Source: Perkinsela sp. CCAP 1560/9
Taxonomy: Eukaryota > Protista > Euglenozoa: Kinetoplastea
Assembly (NCBI GenBank): GCA_965644495.1
Contig: CBFFSA010000051.1
Coordinates: 1-55,264, forward strand
DNA length: 55,264 nucleotides
Direction: 5' to 3'
Of the stretch, positions 32,548-44,523 are shown piece after piece (positions within the stretch are counted from its first letter, which is position 1; the number at the start of each line of letters is the position of its first letter). The translations under genes and the position numbers were made by a program. Below the pieces are notes generated by a model. The model was not told the DNA's origin, searched no databases, and saw only the letters and a list, made by a program, of their open reading frames with translations.

Positions 32548-34518
32548 ATGCCTCTCCCCCACCCTCGCTTCACCCTCCGACGCCTTCACCCCCTCACCCC
32601 CTCACCTCCTTCTTCTTTTTCCCCTTTTTCTTTTTCCCCCCTTTCTCTTTTACTCTTTTCCCCTTCTTCTTCTTCGTCTTCTCTTTTCACCCAACCCACC
32701 CGTCCCGTCCACCTCCGTCCCCGCAAAGTCCGACGCGACAAAATGGAAAAAAAAGGGTGCAAAAACGACGGCGGGGCGCACATCGACGAATTTGAAAGCA
32801 CACTGTACAAAAGCGCGCGGGATGTGAAGACCGATCTCGACGCGCGTCTCTCCCCCACGGCGCCGCTCTCCCCCGCCGCGGCACAGCTCAAATTTGCCGC
32901 CATGGCCCAAACCCTCCCGGCCGCGCTCTACGCGCTTCGTATGTTCCCCTTAGTGGATGTTGTGATTTTGATCTGTCGAAACGGACTGCTGCCGGGCCGG
33001 GACACCGAGGGGGCGTTAGCCCAGTGGCTGTCCATCCCGGACCGGTTGCTCTCCGAGGAGGTGATGGAACTCCGGATGGGGGGGGAGCGCTGGGGGGTGC
33101 TGGCGGCCCTGCTGACGGAGCGGTTAAGACGGTGGGATGGACAGGGCGTGCTGCCGGTCTCAAGGACGCTACGGGCGTTTGGGATGGAGAAGAGGGGAGT
33201 GGAGGAAAAAGGAAAAGGAGGGGGTGTGGAGAGGGTGGAGGGGGGGGTGGAGGTTTCGAGGATGACGCCTTGGGGGTCGTTTTTGCGGAATGCTGTGCTT
33301 TATGTGAATACGGATCGTGCACATCGTCGGCAGTTGGCGCAGGTGATTCAAGCGATACGAAATGGGGAGGTACCGCAGGAGAATCCGCTTCCTGGGGACT
33401 TTGCGGAGCGTAGTACCCGTCTTGCTCACCTTCTGCTTTCTGCGGCGCGCGAATTTGGTGAGAACACGCTGGCGGATTTCGCGATTGATTTGCTGCGCGA
33501 GCACAGCCCGCAGATTAGCTATGCCGTGAACAAGGAGCTAATGTATGTGAATTACACCGCTCGGCGACGTTGGATGGATCAAGAGCTGCGGAACAGTGGT
33601 GAGATTCGAACCATGGCACAGCGGTTGTTGTATCGCTACGTGCCGGCGGTAGATAAGGACAGAGCGGCGGCTCGCGTAGGCAAGCGTGCGTCGTCGTCGG
33701 TTATTTCGGCTCCGGCTTCTGTATCTGTCTCGGAGAAACAACAAGCCTCTGTACCCTCCACAGCGTGTTCGTTTGATGCCGCAGAGGAGTCAGAATTGGG
33801 GGAGGAGTTGGAGGAAGCCACCAATACAAATGCAGTATATGTCCCGGATGAGTTAACCATCGGTGGTCATAGAAAATGTCTATCACAGGACATCGAAGAG
33901 AAAGAGTCTCTTCTTACAGGCAGAAATAAATCCATACAGAGTCGAGACAAGGAGATGGAGGAGGATCCGTTTCTTGTGTCCCACTTGGAGCGTTCTGCGT
34001 CTTCTGAGTACTTTAGTGCGGCGTGCGCCACAGAGAGTAGCTACCCTAGTCGTCCGATTGCTTTGGTGATGGAGCAGCAGCGCGAGCTTCAAGGTGAGGA
34101 TCTGGAAGATGTCCGCCTTGAAGATATCGCAGGTGAGTTCTCCGAAGGTACAATGCAGCAGCTCGTTGAGCGTACCCGTAGTCGCTACCGCCGAAGACGA
34201 GGAGCCCAAGATGTTTGCAGTCCTGAAGAAATTGAAGTTCAAAATCAAGATTGTCAAGGTACGAACGCAATGCCTTCTGCTGCGCATATCGCAAAATCGT
34301 TATGTGAATCCGTAGAACACGCCATGCCTCCCTCAAAATATAAGGCCAAGAAATGCAGAGCAAAAAATAATGATCGCGCTTCTTCCAAACCATCGGAAGA
34401 TTCATGTTTTAACTCTTCATTGGAGCAAAAGTCGAGTACCGCACAGCACAGTGATAAAAAATTTAACGTAAAACTTAAGGCTCGGGCTACAAGAACTCAA
34501 AAAGCCTTTCTTAAATAA
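32548..34518 (+). CDS. Hypothetical protein (possibly mitochondrial)
   Basis: 656-aa ORF with R/L/S-rich N-terminus; no family recognised. Confidence 0.7.
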   Translation: MPLPHPRFTLRRLHPLTPSPPSSFSPFSFSPLSLLLFSPSSSSSSLFTQPTRPVHLRPRKVRRDKMEKKGCKNDGGAHIDEFESTLYKSARDVKTDLDARLSPTAPLSPAAAQLKFAAMAQTLPAALYALRMFPLVDVVILICRNGLLPGRDTEGALAQWLSIPDRLLSEEVMELRMGGERWGVLAALLTERLRRWDGQGVLPVSRTLRAFGMEKRGVEEKGKGGGVERVEGGVEVSRMTPWGSFLRNAVLYVNTDRAHRRQLAQVIQAIRNGEVPQENPLPGDFAERSTRLAHLLLSAAREFGENTLADFAIDLLREHSPQISYAVNKELMYVNYTARRRWMDQELRNSGEIRTMAQRLLYRYVPAVDKDRAAARVGKRASSSVISAPASVSVSEKQQASVPSTACSFDAAEESELGEELEEATNTNAVYVPDELTIGGHRKCLSQDIEEKESLLTGRNKSIQSRDKEMEEDPFLVSHLERSASSEYFSAACATESSYPSRPIALVMEQQRELQGEDLEDVRLEDIAGEFSEGTMQQLVERTRSRYRRRRGAQDVCSPEEIEVQNQDCQGTNAMPSAAHIAKSLCESVEHAMPPSKYKAKKCRAKNNDRASSKPSEDSCFNSSLEQKSSTAQHSDKKFNVKLKARATRTQKAFLK

Positions 34519-34860
34519 CCTAACGGGGTTTGCCATTCGAACAATGGGGTTCCACTTGTGATTGAAACTCTGCATTCAATGTAAACTAGTATTATGTTTC
34601 GTTCCGTTTTTTTTATTCCGGAAGCACTTATTATTCCGAAAACATACTTACGATTCCGTTTTTTTATTTCACCTTTCGGATTTTGTATGAAAAATTATCT
34701 CTGCCAATGGAGGGGGTGCAGATAGTACTTGGGGATCACTGCCTAACGGTAGCAACCAATGGTGACCGCTGACGACCGATGGCGAACGCTGTAGGTATTT
34801 TTTTGAGGCTCGAATGATCGACCAATAACAACCCCGTGAAAAAATTTACTAAACCCGGTT

Positions 34861-35397
34861 ACAGTGTGCGCCCAGTTGGTAAAGTCCCAAAAAACGGTTT
34901 TCCCAAATGGTAAAGCTTTTTTTAGTACCGTATACCCCCCCCAGTAAGAGAATGGGTTTTGATTCGAAATGGCCAAATTTCTCTTACTGGGGGGTACAGT
35001 GCGCCCAGTTAGTAAAGTCCCAAAAAGCAGTTTTCCCAAATAGTAAAGTTTTTTTTAGTAGTTACCTTTTTTTAGAGTTTTTCTCTTTTTCGAGGATTTT
35101 CGTCTACCGCAGACCCCCCCGTAATAGATCCCCCCAGTAACAAGTATTTGACCCTTTTTCGGCTGACCCCCAGTAACAAGGATTTGGCTCGGGAGGGTCG
35201 TTGGACGGGGGGGTGTTTGGGCGGGGTGAGGGCGATTGCGAGGGAGCGAATGGCGTGGTTGCGGGGTTGGGTGGGCTGAAAATCAACGCACTCATGAACA
35301 AAAAAGGTCCTTTCTCACCCAAAAAGCATACCCCCCCAGCAACAAGGATTTGGCCATTTTGACCCAAAATCGATTCTATTACTGGGGGGGTATACGG
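34861..35397. mobile_element. Nested/rearranged copies of the CCGTATACCCCCCAGTAA MITE plus a ~65-bp direct repeat
   Basis: TIR at 34928 and 35379-35397; homologous to 1631-1913; direct repeat 34861-34927 / 34997-35060. Confidence 0.7.
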
Positions 35398-36547
35398 TCA
35401 AAGAATTTGATTTCATTTCATCTACTTTTTTTAAATTAAACCATGTTCCAGGATAGTATACCCATGCCCACTTAGTACACCTAATAGGTACAGTAAACGT
35501 CACTATTCTGAGAGTCGCTAAAAATGAGAATTGGGCTGTCAACGTACAACTGGCTAAAATGAGAATGTACCTTGAAAAATGAGAATGGAGCTTCGGTCAT
35601 GTGTCAAAGTTCAATTCAATTTTACACTCAAAAATGAGAATTGAAAAAAAGCGCCTTCGTGCTCCATACCTTTTGGTTCATTGAACCAAATCTATTTTGG
35701 GCTGGTTCAATGGTTAACTGAACCAAATACTGAACCAATTGAACCACTTTTGCAGGGTGGATACGATGGCATATCATACAGCTATTCTGAACTAGAAGAT
35801 TGCAATAACGGGGACAGAATGAGTGAATTATTCATAAGTTATTCGTTTTATCGCTTTGAGACCAACGCAGGACATATTGTCACTCACACGAAGGGCAGTT
35901 GGTCGGCCTGTAACATGACTATGAAAATAAGCATAAGAATAGTTTATACTTGTTTTAGACATATAATTTATAAGAAAGATTAATAATGGCATGATTATAA
36001 TAATTCCAACGACGTATACTTATCGAGTATGGTATATACGTATCGATTATGGTAAGCGCAGCTATGCTCTTGCGCATCTATGAAATATACTTTAAATTGC
36101 GATGCAATATACAAAGATACTTTTCTTTGTGTATACCAATCATGTTCCTTAATGTGTAGTGGAAAAGAGCGCACCCTTTGAAATACGTATTACATAAAAT
36201 ATAATTTACTTAGAATATAGTTATACTATAGAAATGCTTCAGAACGTCACGTGCAAGTAAGCCTATGTCATTCTCTAAATCCTCCGATGTTCTGGGGGCA
36301 CCTTTGCCCATGGCTTCGATGGGAATATTCGCGGAAGACGGTGGCGCCATTCCTCCATTTTTCCAATGACGAACGAAAGCGACGGAGAGCGGAATATTTG
36401 TTGATGCTATTATGGAAGGCACGATATGATGCCAATATTCATGGACTGATACTTTCTTTGAACTTGTTTTGTTATCGGCTATTAATCCCAAGCATGACCG
36501 ATTTATGTGCATATTATACTGGGATTCACAATGCGAATGAAAAATAC

Positions 36548-36606
36548 AGTTGTATAGTGTATAATTGTATAGTGTATAGTTGTATAGTGTATAGTTGTAT
36601 AGTGTA
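36548..36606 (+). repeat. (TGTATAGTGTATAGT)n microsatellite
   Basis: Directly visible tandem units. Confidence 0.9.
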
Positions 36607-36714
36607 ATTTTTTTACAGGAGACTTTCGACAAAAATTGGGTTCTAAAATTACCTCCCGCCCAATATTTTGACTCAAAAACAAATTGAAAAATCTTAAAAC
36701 TGTTTCAATAAACT

Positions 36715-37248
36715 AACTTTGCGCCAAAGTCCTGACCCTAGATGATGCGTTTCCATCACTTATTTCACCTGACGACATTTTCTAAGAGCGAAATGTTTGT
36801 TGCAATATGGCTGGAACGGCACTAAGATCTTGACTCCCTTCACAATCGCACGGCCTAATCGTCCAGCCTTTCGTGTGGGCAAAGTCAGGTTGTGGAATCT
36901 TTCCATTCCCACATGCTGCAAAGTCTTCGAGAGGCGGGATTGGATATCGAAGTACGCATGCTTCGGAAGGCAATGGAAATTTCGCTTTTTCCCAGGAGCC
37001 CCGTCTTACTAGAGAACGGTAGGTTTCTGAGTCCCTTATTTGGTGACCCACAAGGCGCGCTCGATCAATGCGATGGATTGTATTGTTATGTAGCGCATTA
37101 TGGTACAGAGATTCAAGAGGATAACAGATCCCGTCCTCATCAACTACTGCGGGGTCGCACGTTTCTCATCTTCGCTGCCGATATCACCATGGATGACGTA
37201 CATCACCATGGACGACAGTCACTGGGTTGTTGTGTCGCCACAATTTAG
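36715..37248 (+). pseudogene. Highly decayed non-LTR reverse transcriptase fragment
   Basis: AKVLT..FPSLISPD, then HSHMLQSLREAG...GDPQG...LIFAADIT, in RT motif order. Confidence 0.4.
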
Positions 37249-37740
37249 AGAAATGGATTTGAATGATTGAGGCGCTCGGCACTGACAAGTGTCAAGCCAA
37301 CGCCAAGTAAACCTCGATCTTGGCTGTCACGAAACGTCACGCGCCGTCACGAAGCATCACGAAACGTCACGCGCTGACTGCACAGACTCCTTAGAAGTCA
37401 CTCATTCTGCGCGCTTCGCGTTGAAAACTACCTCCGCGTTTAACGAAGAGCCTAAAAAAGAAATCATTGAGGGAGATACTACTCCCTCGCTACCGTAGGT
37501 TACACCCCCGCTAAAAAGTATTATTCACAAAAATGGCCGACACAAAAAGTATTGTATTTATTAGTATCGATCATTTTTTTGTGTTTTGACCAGAAACGCA
37601 GGAAATTAGGGCACGCAGGGAAGCCATTGAAAGATCAGACGCTCGTCGTAAAGAAACGCTTGGAATGCCGCGGAAAGCTAAGGCAAGATTTGAGCAGGCT
37701 CGGAATGGTTCCTCTCTCGCACTATTTTAGCGTTGAGTAA

Positions 37741-38060
37741 TTGCGGTGGTTGTATAACTACCTCTCTACCTTCGATTATTGAAAATAAAAGTGAACAAAA
37801 ACAGTGAAAATATGAGAAACACAGTAATATAATAGAAGAAAAGAATTGCGGTGATCGTATAACTACCGCTCTACCCTCGATTATTGAAAATAAAAGTGAA
37901 CAAAAACAGTGAAAATATGAGAAACACAGTAATATAATAGAAGAAAAGAATTGCGGTGATCGTATAACTACCGCTCTATCCTCGATTATTGAAAAAAAAG
38001 TGAACAAAAACAGTGAAAATATAAAGACGAACACAGTAATATAATAAAGGAAAAAAATAT
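37741..38060 (+). repeat. Three tandem 105-bp copies of the HINE 5' module C
   Basis: Units start TTGCGGTG at 37741, 37846, 37951. Confidence 0.9.
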
Positions 38061-38084
38061 ACTGGTGAAACATTAATTTCTTTT

Positions 38085-39033
38085 TTAGGCTCTTCGTTAA
38101 ACGCGGTGGTTGTTTTCAACTTAGAAGTCACTCAAGTTGCGCTCTTCGCGTTGAAAACTACCACCGCGTTTAACGAAGAGCCTAAACGAAGAGCCCCCTT
38201 TTATAAATTTTTCTTCTATTATATTACTGTGTTCCTCTTCATATATTCACTGTTTTTGTTCACTTTTTTTTCAATAATCGAGGATAGAGCGGTAGTTATA
38301 CTACCACCGCAATTAAGAATCACTGTTTTTATTCACTTTTTTTTCAAATTCTTTTTTAGGTTCCTCGTTAAACGCAGTAGTCGTTTTCAACTTAGAAGTC
38401 ACTCATGCTGTGCGCTTCGCGTTGAAAACTACCACCGCGTTTAACGAAGTGCCTAAAAAAGAAAAATCGCGAAAAGATCATGAATAATCTATTTTTTGGG
38501 GTAAAAAAGCTCGATTTTTCAGCGATTATTGCGAAATTTTAACCCGAATTTGGGCCTTTTTTGATGCCTTACCAGTATGGGTAGGAGGCGAATCTGTCGA
38601 AAAAAACATCGTAGACTGGTAACTGGGGCCCCAAACTCCTAAAACACATTTTAGAGTCGATTTTGGAAAAATATTATTTTTACTTTTTTTTGGGTCAAAA
38701 AACTTTTTTGGGTCGCCCCAAAAATTTCGGAAATTTTGACCTTGTCGGACCCCTCCTGCGCGTACCAGGGGGGGGAAGTTATCGCCGCGGCATACTCTAC
38801 CACTTCCCTGCGCTCGATTTCGAAAAGCAAAAAAATTTCGCGACGTATGCCCCCCCCCACATGGACCCCCCATTTTTTGAATTTTTTTTTTCAGTTTTGG
38901 ACCACCGGGGCCCCCTTTTATAAATTTTTCTTCTATTATAAATATTACTATGTTTCTCTTTATATTTTCACTGTTTTTGTTCACTTTTTTTTCAATAATC
39001 GAGTGTAGAGCGGTAGTTTTACAAACACCGCAA
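38085..39033 (-). mobile_element. Two head-to-tail HINE-like copies (C-H 38085-38312; C-B-H 38356-39033)
   Basis: Reverse-complement matches to 28469-29181. Confidence 0.85.
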
Positions 39034-39399
39034 TAACATTACTGTGCCCCCCCCCCACTTATAGTCCCGTGGGGTACCCAACCACTTACAGGGGTGAAAA
39101 CTTCAATCTGGGGGGGTCTAAAATTTGCAAAAACTTTTCCGTTTCGGAAATTTATAGCGCATTCGAGAGCTCTCGCAGAGTTGTATGTCTTTGCACTGGT
39201 AGCTTTTAACATATCAAATTAGAATTACAAATACCGAATAGGCAAAAAAAGCGAATTGTCACTTAAACATAGTTGGTAGTCTACGTAGAATTCTACGCGT
39301 TCTACGTAGAAATTCTACGCAGAGACTTGGAATTTTCTTAACTAGATAGCAGTCATTAGTTTTTGATCGAGTGATTAGGATTTAGTCTCAAATTATCTT

Positions 39400-39600
39400 T
39401 CTAAATCCAGGCTCAAGTGGACGAGGGAGATACTAAAGGCACCTTTGGAAAACCACCTCGAAACTGGAACGGTATCACCCGTTAAAGACTCTTTTGCCAC
39501 ATCAGAATGCTCTACAAACCGGGAGATACCGTTCCAGTTTCGAGGTGGTTTTCCAAAGGTGACTTTGGTATCCCCCTCATCCACTTTAGCCTGGATTAGA
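39400..39600. mobile_element. Fold-back MITE with ~80-bp arms
   Basis: ATCCAGGCT..CACCTTTGGAAAACCACCTCGAAACTGGAACGGTATC mirrored by GATACCGTTCCAGTTTCGAGGTGGTTTTCCAAAGGTG..AGCCTGGAT. Confidence 0.85.
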
Positions 39601-40152
39601 TAGCCATCGGAACATGCTCCCTAAGACCCCTTACAGCTTCCCACGCGAGGAAGTCGTCGTCGCCGCGGCAAAAAGACAGAAGGGTCCGCCTTCTTCCTTT
39701 TTGCCTTGCGCCTCCTCCTTCCTCTACGGCCTTGCGTGTCACACACTTCCAGGTAAATTTTGAACTTTGTAGGTGTATTACCAGAACAGGGTGGAGAAAT
39801 ATCGAATGAAACCAAAGCGTATACACGTATATCAGGCCCCAAACTCTCAAAAAAAGGTCTAGGAGTTGATTTGGGAAAAATATTTTTTTTCACTTTCACC
39901 CACAAATTTTTAGTTTTTTTTTAAAACATTTCAAAAATTGCTATGATCACCCAGGTGGGGAGGTGGGGGGGGCAGGGGGTACCCATCGGAATTGTTGAAA
40001 AACTAGTAATCTTGTCACTCAATTCGATTCATACGTCTTTGTAAATATTTTTTTCGAAAACTCACCTGAAACGATATCGGGCACGAAATCGGGCCACAAA
40101 TCGGGCACGACCAATTAACCTACGGTAGCGAGGGAGTAGTATCTCCATCAAT

Positions 40153-42035
40153 TTAGGCTCTTCGTTAAACGCGGTGGTTGTTTTCAACTTAGAAGTCACT
40201 TATGCTGCGCTCTTCGCGTTGAAACCTACCACCGCGTTTAACGAAGAGCCTAAAAAAGAAAATTTGGCCTGGAAAACGGAAAGATTATGGCCAAAAATAG
40301 CCGAATTTCGGGTAAAAATGGGGTGATTTTCGCGTACTTTTGCTCTCAGAGCACTAAATCCGACATTTGCGCGTGGGAAATCACTCGTAGGCATGAATGA
40401 AAGCCTACCGAACGTATTGGGTAGAGAATACGACTCCAACCATACCATTCTTTCGACCCAAAAATGCCCCTTTAGGTCCGAAAAATACTTTTTCACCTTT
40501 TTCGGTCAAAAATGGGTCATTTTGAGGGGCGCACCACGGTTCGAAGAAGTGATACCTTGCGAAAACAACTGCGGAGAAAGCTAGTGTAGGTCCCAAACTA
40601 AAAAAATACAATAGGGGAAACGTTTTTGGAAAAATATTTTTTTTGCCATTTTTTTCGCCAAGTTGAAATTTTTTTCAAATTTTTTTTTCCGAAAAAAATC
40701 CGAACGTGGCGGACCCGTCCTGCGGATACGCGGGGGGGTCACCCCCGGGTAGGGGGGTGGAAAATGCGCGCCAAGACCCCGGCTACCCTTTCTGCGGTTT
40801 TTTTTCGAAAACTAATTTTTTCGAAAAAATTAGCTCGGCCATGACCCTCCCCCCTGGACGACCCCCCCTGGACCCCCCCATGGACCCCCCCCTGGACGCC
40901 CCCCCTGGACCCCCCCCATGGACCCCCCCCCCATGGACCCCCCATTTTTTCAATTTTTATTTCAGTTTTGGACCACCGGAGCCCCCTTTTATATTTTTTT
41001 CTTCTATTATATTACTGTGCTCCTCTTTATGTTTTCACTGTTTTTGTTCACTGTTTTTTTTCGAAACAACTAATTTTTTCGAAAAAATTAGCTCGGCCAT
41101 GACCCTCCCCCCTGGACGACCCCCCCTGGACCCCCCCCCTGGACCCCCCATTTTTTTCAAATTTTTTTTTCAGTTTTGGTCCACCGGAGCCCCCTTTTAT
41201 ATTTTTTTCTTCTATTATATTACTGTGTTCCCCTTTATATTTTCACTGTTTTTGTTCACTTTTTTTTCAATAATCGAGTGTAGAGCGGTAGTTTTACAAC
41301 CACCGCAATAATCGAGGGTAGAGCGGTAGTTTTACAACCACCGCAATAATTTTCTTTTTTAGGATCTTCGTTAAACGCGGTTTTTGTTTTCAACTTAGAA
41401 GTCACTCATGCTGCGCGCTTCGCGTTGAAAACTACCACCGCGTTTTACGAAGAGCCTAAAAAAAAATTGATCAGGGACGCGGAAGAAAACGGAAGGATTT
41501 AAGCCAAAAATAGCCGATTTTTAGGTAAAAATGGGGTGATTTTTGTATATAGAGCACTAAAGATGACATTTGCGTGTGGGAAATGACTCGTAGGCATGCA
41601 TTCGAGGCTACAGAACGTATTGGGTAGAGAATGCGACTCCAACCACACGATTCGTACGACCCAAAAAGACCTCTTGGGGTCCAAAAATTACTTTTTCGCA
41701 TTTTTTGATCAAAAATGGGACATTTTAGGAGGCGTACCACGGCTTCAAGAAGCGACACCTCGCAAAACCAATGACGTAAAAAGCTAGAATAGGTCCCAAA
41801 CTATAAAAATACAATAGGCGAAACAACTTTGGAAAAATATTCTTTTTACCAATTTTTTCGTCAAGTTGAAAATTTTTTCAATTGTTTTTTTCCGAAAAAA
41901 TCGGAACTTGGACCCGTCTTGCGGATACGAGGGGGGGTCACCCCCGGGTAAGGTATGCCCCCCCCCATGGACCCCCCATTCTTTTCAATTTTTGTTTTCA
42001 ATTTTGGACCACCGGATCCCCCTTTTATATTTTTT
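40153..42035 (-). mobile_element. Two head-to-tail HINE-like copies of subfamily A (40153-41346; 41359-42035)
   Basis: H at 40153-40253 and 41359-41460; A body matches 1-375; C module partly duplicated. Confidence 0.85.
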
Positions 42036-42742
42036 TCCTTTACCGCGTTTAACGAAGAGCCTAGAAAAGAAAAATTTGACAGGAGAGTAAAAGAAACCAG
42101 AGGGATAATTCTGGATTTGGTCCAAAAAGAGCCGATAGTTGGGCAAAAATAGGGTTGTTTTTGCATATTTCCGCTCACATGTGTTTTCCTTCGGTTCGCA
42201 CGATTTTGAATGAAGCAGGGTGGAGACCCTTTTTTTGAAAGGCACTTGAATTCACCCCGGCTTTTGAAGGGGGGGCTTTACCTCGTGGATTTACTTCTTC
42301 GTTTTGATTCATTTGGTTTACGCCAGGGGTGCAGTTAATGCCATGTCGGAACGCTTTTCTGACAGTACGTTGGGTATGCACTAATTGAGTCATCAAAAGC
42401 ATATTTGTTGAATGATCAGGCTAAAAATAGAAGAAGTGATGACTGCGAATGTAGATCTGCTATGTAAATGTAAACATTTTCTTAACAAATTTAGTTTCAA
42501 TTGTATTTATTTGAGTTTAGAAAATGCGAAGTTACAAATACTTACAGAGGGTTTCCGAGACACAAAGTAATACCACAGAAAAACTTTGATGCGATGAATC
42601 GTAAAAAGAAACGGTGCTGTGGACGAATTTAAGCCGAAAATTTCTCGAAAGAAAAGTGTTTTCTTTCCTTCTCCAACCTTCGAATCATGACTTCAAAATT
42701 TTAAACCAACTTTCACTTCCAAACGTCTTCTTACACACTTAT

Positions 42743-43411
42743 TCAGAAATTTAAGTATCTGTTTCTCTTCTTTTTCCCTTTGAAGTAAACGCTCGATGCG
42801 CGCTTCGCTTCTTCCGTAGTGCTAAAACACACGTGCGCCAGTCCCTTTTTTGATACGATTGTTATGCAATCGATTTCACCATACGAAGCGTAATGCTTGG
42901 TAAGGTCTTCTTTATTCGTAGAGGAGGGAAGGTGTTCTATTGTGATTGAGCGCTCGTCACGCTCTTCGCGCGCAGAGCGCAAAACGTGTAGAGATTCTAA
43001 GTAATCATCTCTTTTGCACTTTGTATCTCTTTCCTTGTCGGAAATGTCGTTACCATTGGTTGATTGATTCTCCGCCGAGTCCAGGGTAAATTCAAAGAAA
43101 GTTTTCAAAAAAATCAAGCTGAGTCTAGAAACATTCAACTTAAAAAGCAATACATGAACGTAGAAGTCTTGTTTTTGAAGGGCCTGCCCGGAGGGCCCTT
43201 CGAGAGGGTGCAGACCCGCTGCCGCGGTGGGTGCTTTTGAAGCAAACAAGCTTCTGAAATTTCGATAAAAAAAATTGAAAGCAATTTTGACGGAGCGTAA
43301 TTCTGCAGCTACGATGGAGACATTTTTTTTTGTTAGAGGGCGCGTGAGCGTTGGGGTCACTCGCACTTCTTCTGCCGAAGCTGAAGACGCCGGGCTTGTG
43401 ACCGGTATCAA
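42743..43411 (-). pseudogene. RRM-containing ORF at the 3' end of the Helitron
   Basis: SITIEHLPSSTNKEDLTKHYASYGEI..KKGLAHVCFSTTEEAKRA matches RNP2/RNP1-like motifs. Confidence 0.65.
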
Positions 43412-43465
43412 GCGTGCTTCCCCCCTAGAGAGGTCTTCCTAAGAAGATCGTTTCAATCTAATTTC

Positions 43466-44523
43466 TTAGAATTGATAAGTCAAATCGGTAAGCCGATTTG
43501 CTTTTTCCATGGCCGGAAATTTAGGCCTCTGGTAACCTGAAGTCAGGTGTGTTCCTGGGCGATCTGTGCCCATGCCAGGGAGCACTCGAATATCATCGAG
43601 GCATTGTGCCCTGGATATTGCTACTGTGAGCTTGGCGAGTTCCGGTCTCTTGGACCACGCCTTATCATTCAAGTCAAGAATAACACCGTTCTTCACGGTG
43701 ATACCTTGTACTTTGTGATACGTATAGGCAAATCCCAATTCCACTTGAAAGTTTCCTTGGGAAGCCTTATCATGGTGCTGCGTCTTTTTGGCGTAAAATT
43801 CTACACCTGACCCCTTCTCAATGCATTGCATAAAAGAAGGGGCTTACACCATCAATAGTGTCGTATGACAAATCGTTTGACACAAGGTCTCTCATTTCAA
43901 TCACTGTCCCATTCGCAATTTTCATGGTATAAGGAGCAATGTTCTCGGTGATTACACCGGGTGCTCCTTTTACAAATATAGAAAATGCTTCAGGGTGTGT
44001 GTCAATGAGTTTACCTTGGACGTTATCGCCTGTCCATGCGAACAATGGGCAATTGTGACGTCTGGCAAAATTTCTTGCCATTGCGACATTAATCTTGTGC
44101 CGTTCAACATTTGTTCCAACAATGACAATTGCATTGCGGAACTTTTCTTAGTCCTCAGAGGTAAGAGGTTTTACCAATTGGATGAACTTCTTCAACCCCT
44201 CATTGGGAGCTTTTCGAAGAAGACGCAAGATATCTGAAAATACAGTATCTTGTCGTGCTCGCATTTGCTGTTTGAGTGCAAACACATACCTGACTTGAAA
44301 AATATTCTCAAAAATGGGATTATTACCAGGAGAGCTATCTTCTATGGTAAGAGACGCTCCTTGTACTGGTCTCAGCTGATAAAAATCTCCAACAAAGAGC
44401 ATGTTGATGCCTCCATAGGGAAGCTGCTCATTTCCTTTGATTTGCTGCAGCCTAGTGTTGATACAGGAAAGGAAACACTTGCTGATCATTGACACTGCGT
44501 CGACTATGATTAATCGACATTTC
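43466..44523 (-). pseudogene. Pif1-family helicase C-terminal part (frameshifts/stops)
   Basis: IIVDAVSMIS, PYGGINMLFVGDFYQLRPV, LKQQMR, IANGT, LGFAYTYHKVQGITV, VAISRA. Confidence 0.9.

Larger units (their letters stand above)
37466..40152. mobile_element. ~2.7-kb segment bounded by 37-bp inverted repeats, filled with nested repeats
   Basis: ATTGA(G/T)GGAGATACTACTCCCTCGCTACCGTAGGTTA at 37466-37502 and its reverse complement at 40116-40152. Confidence 0.7.
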
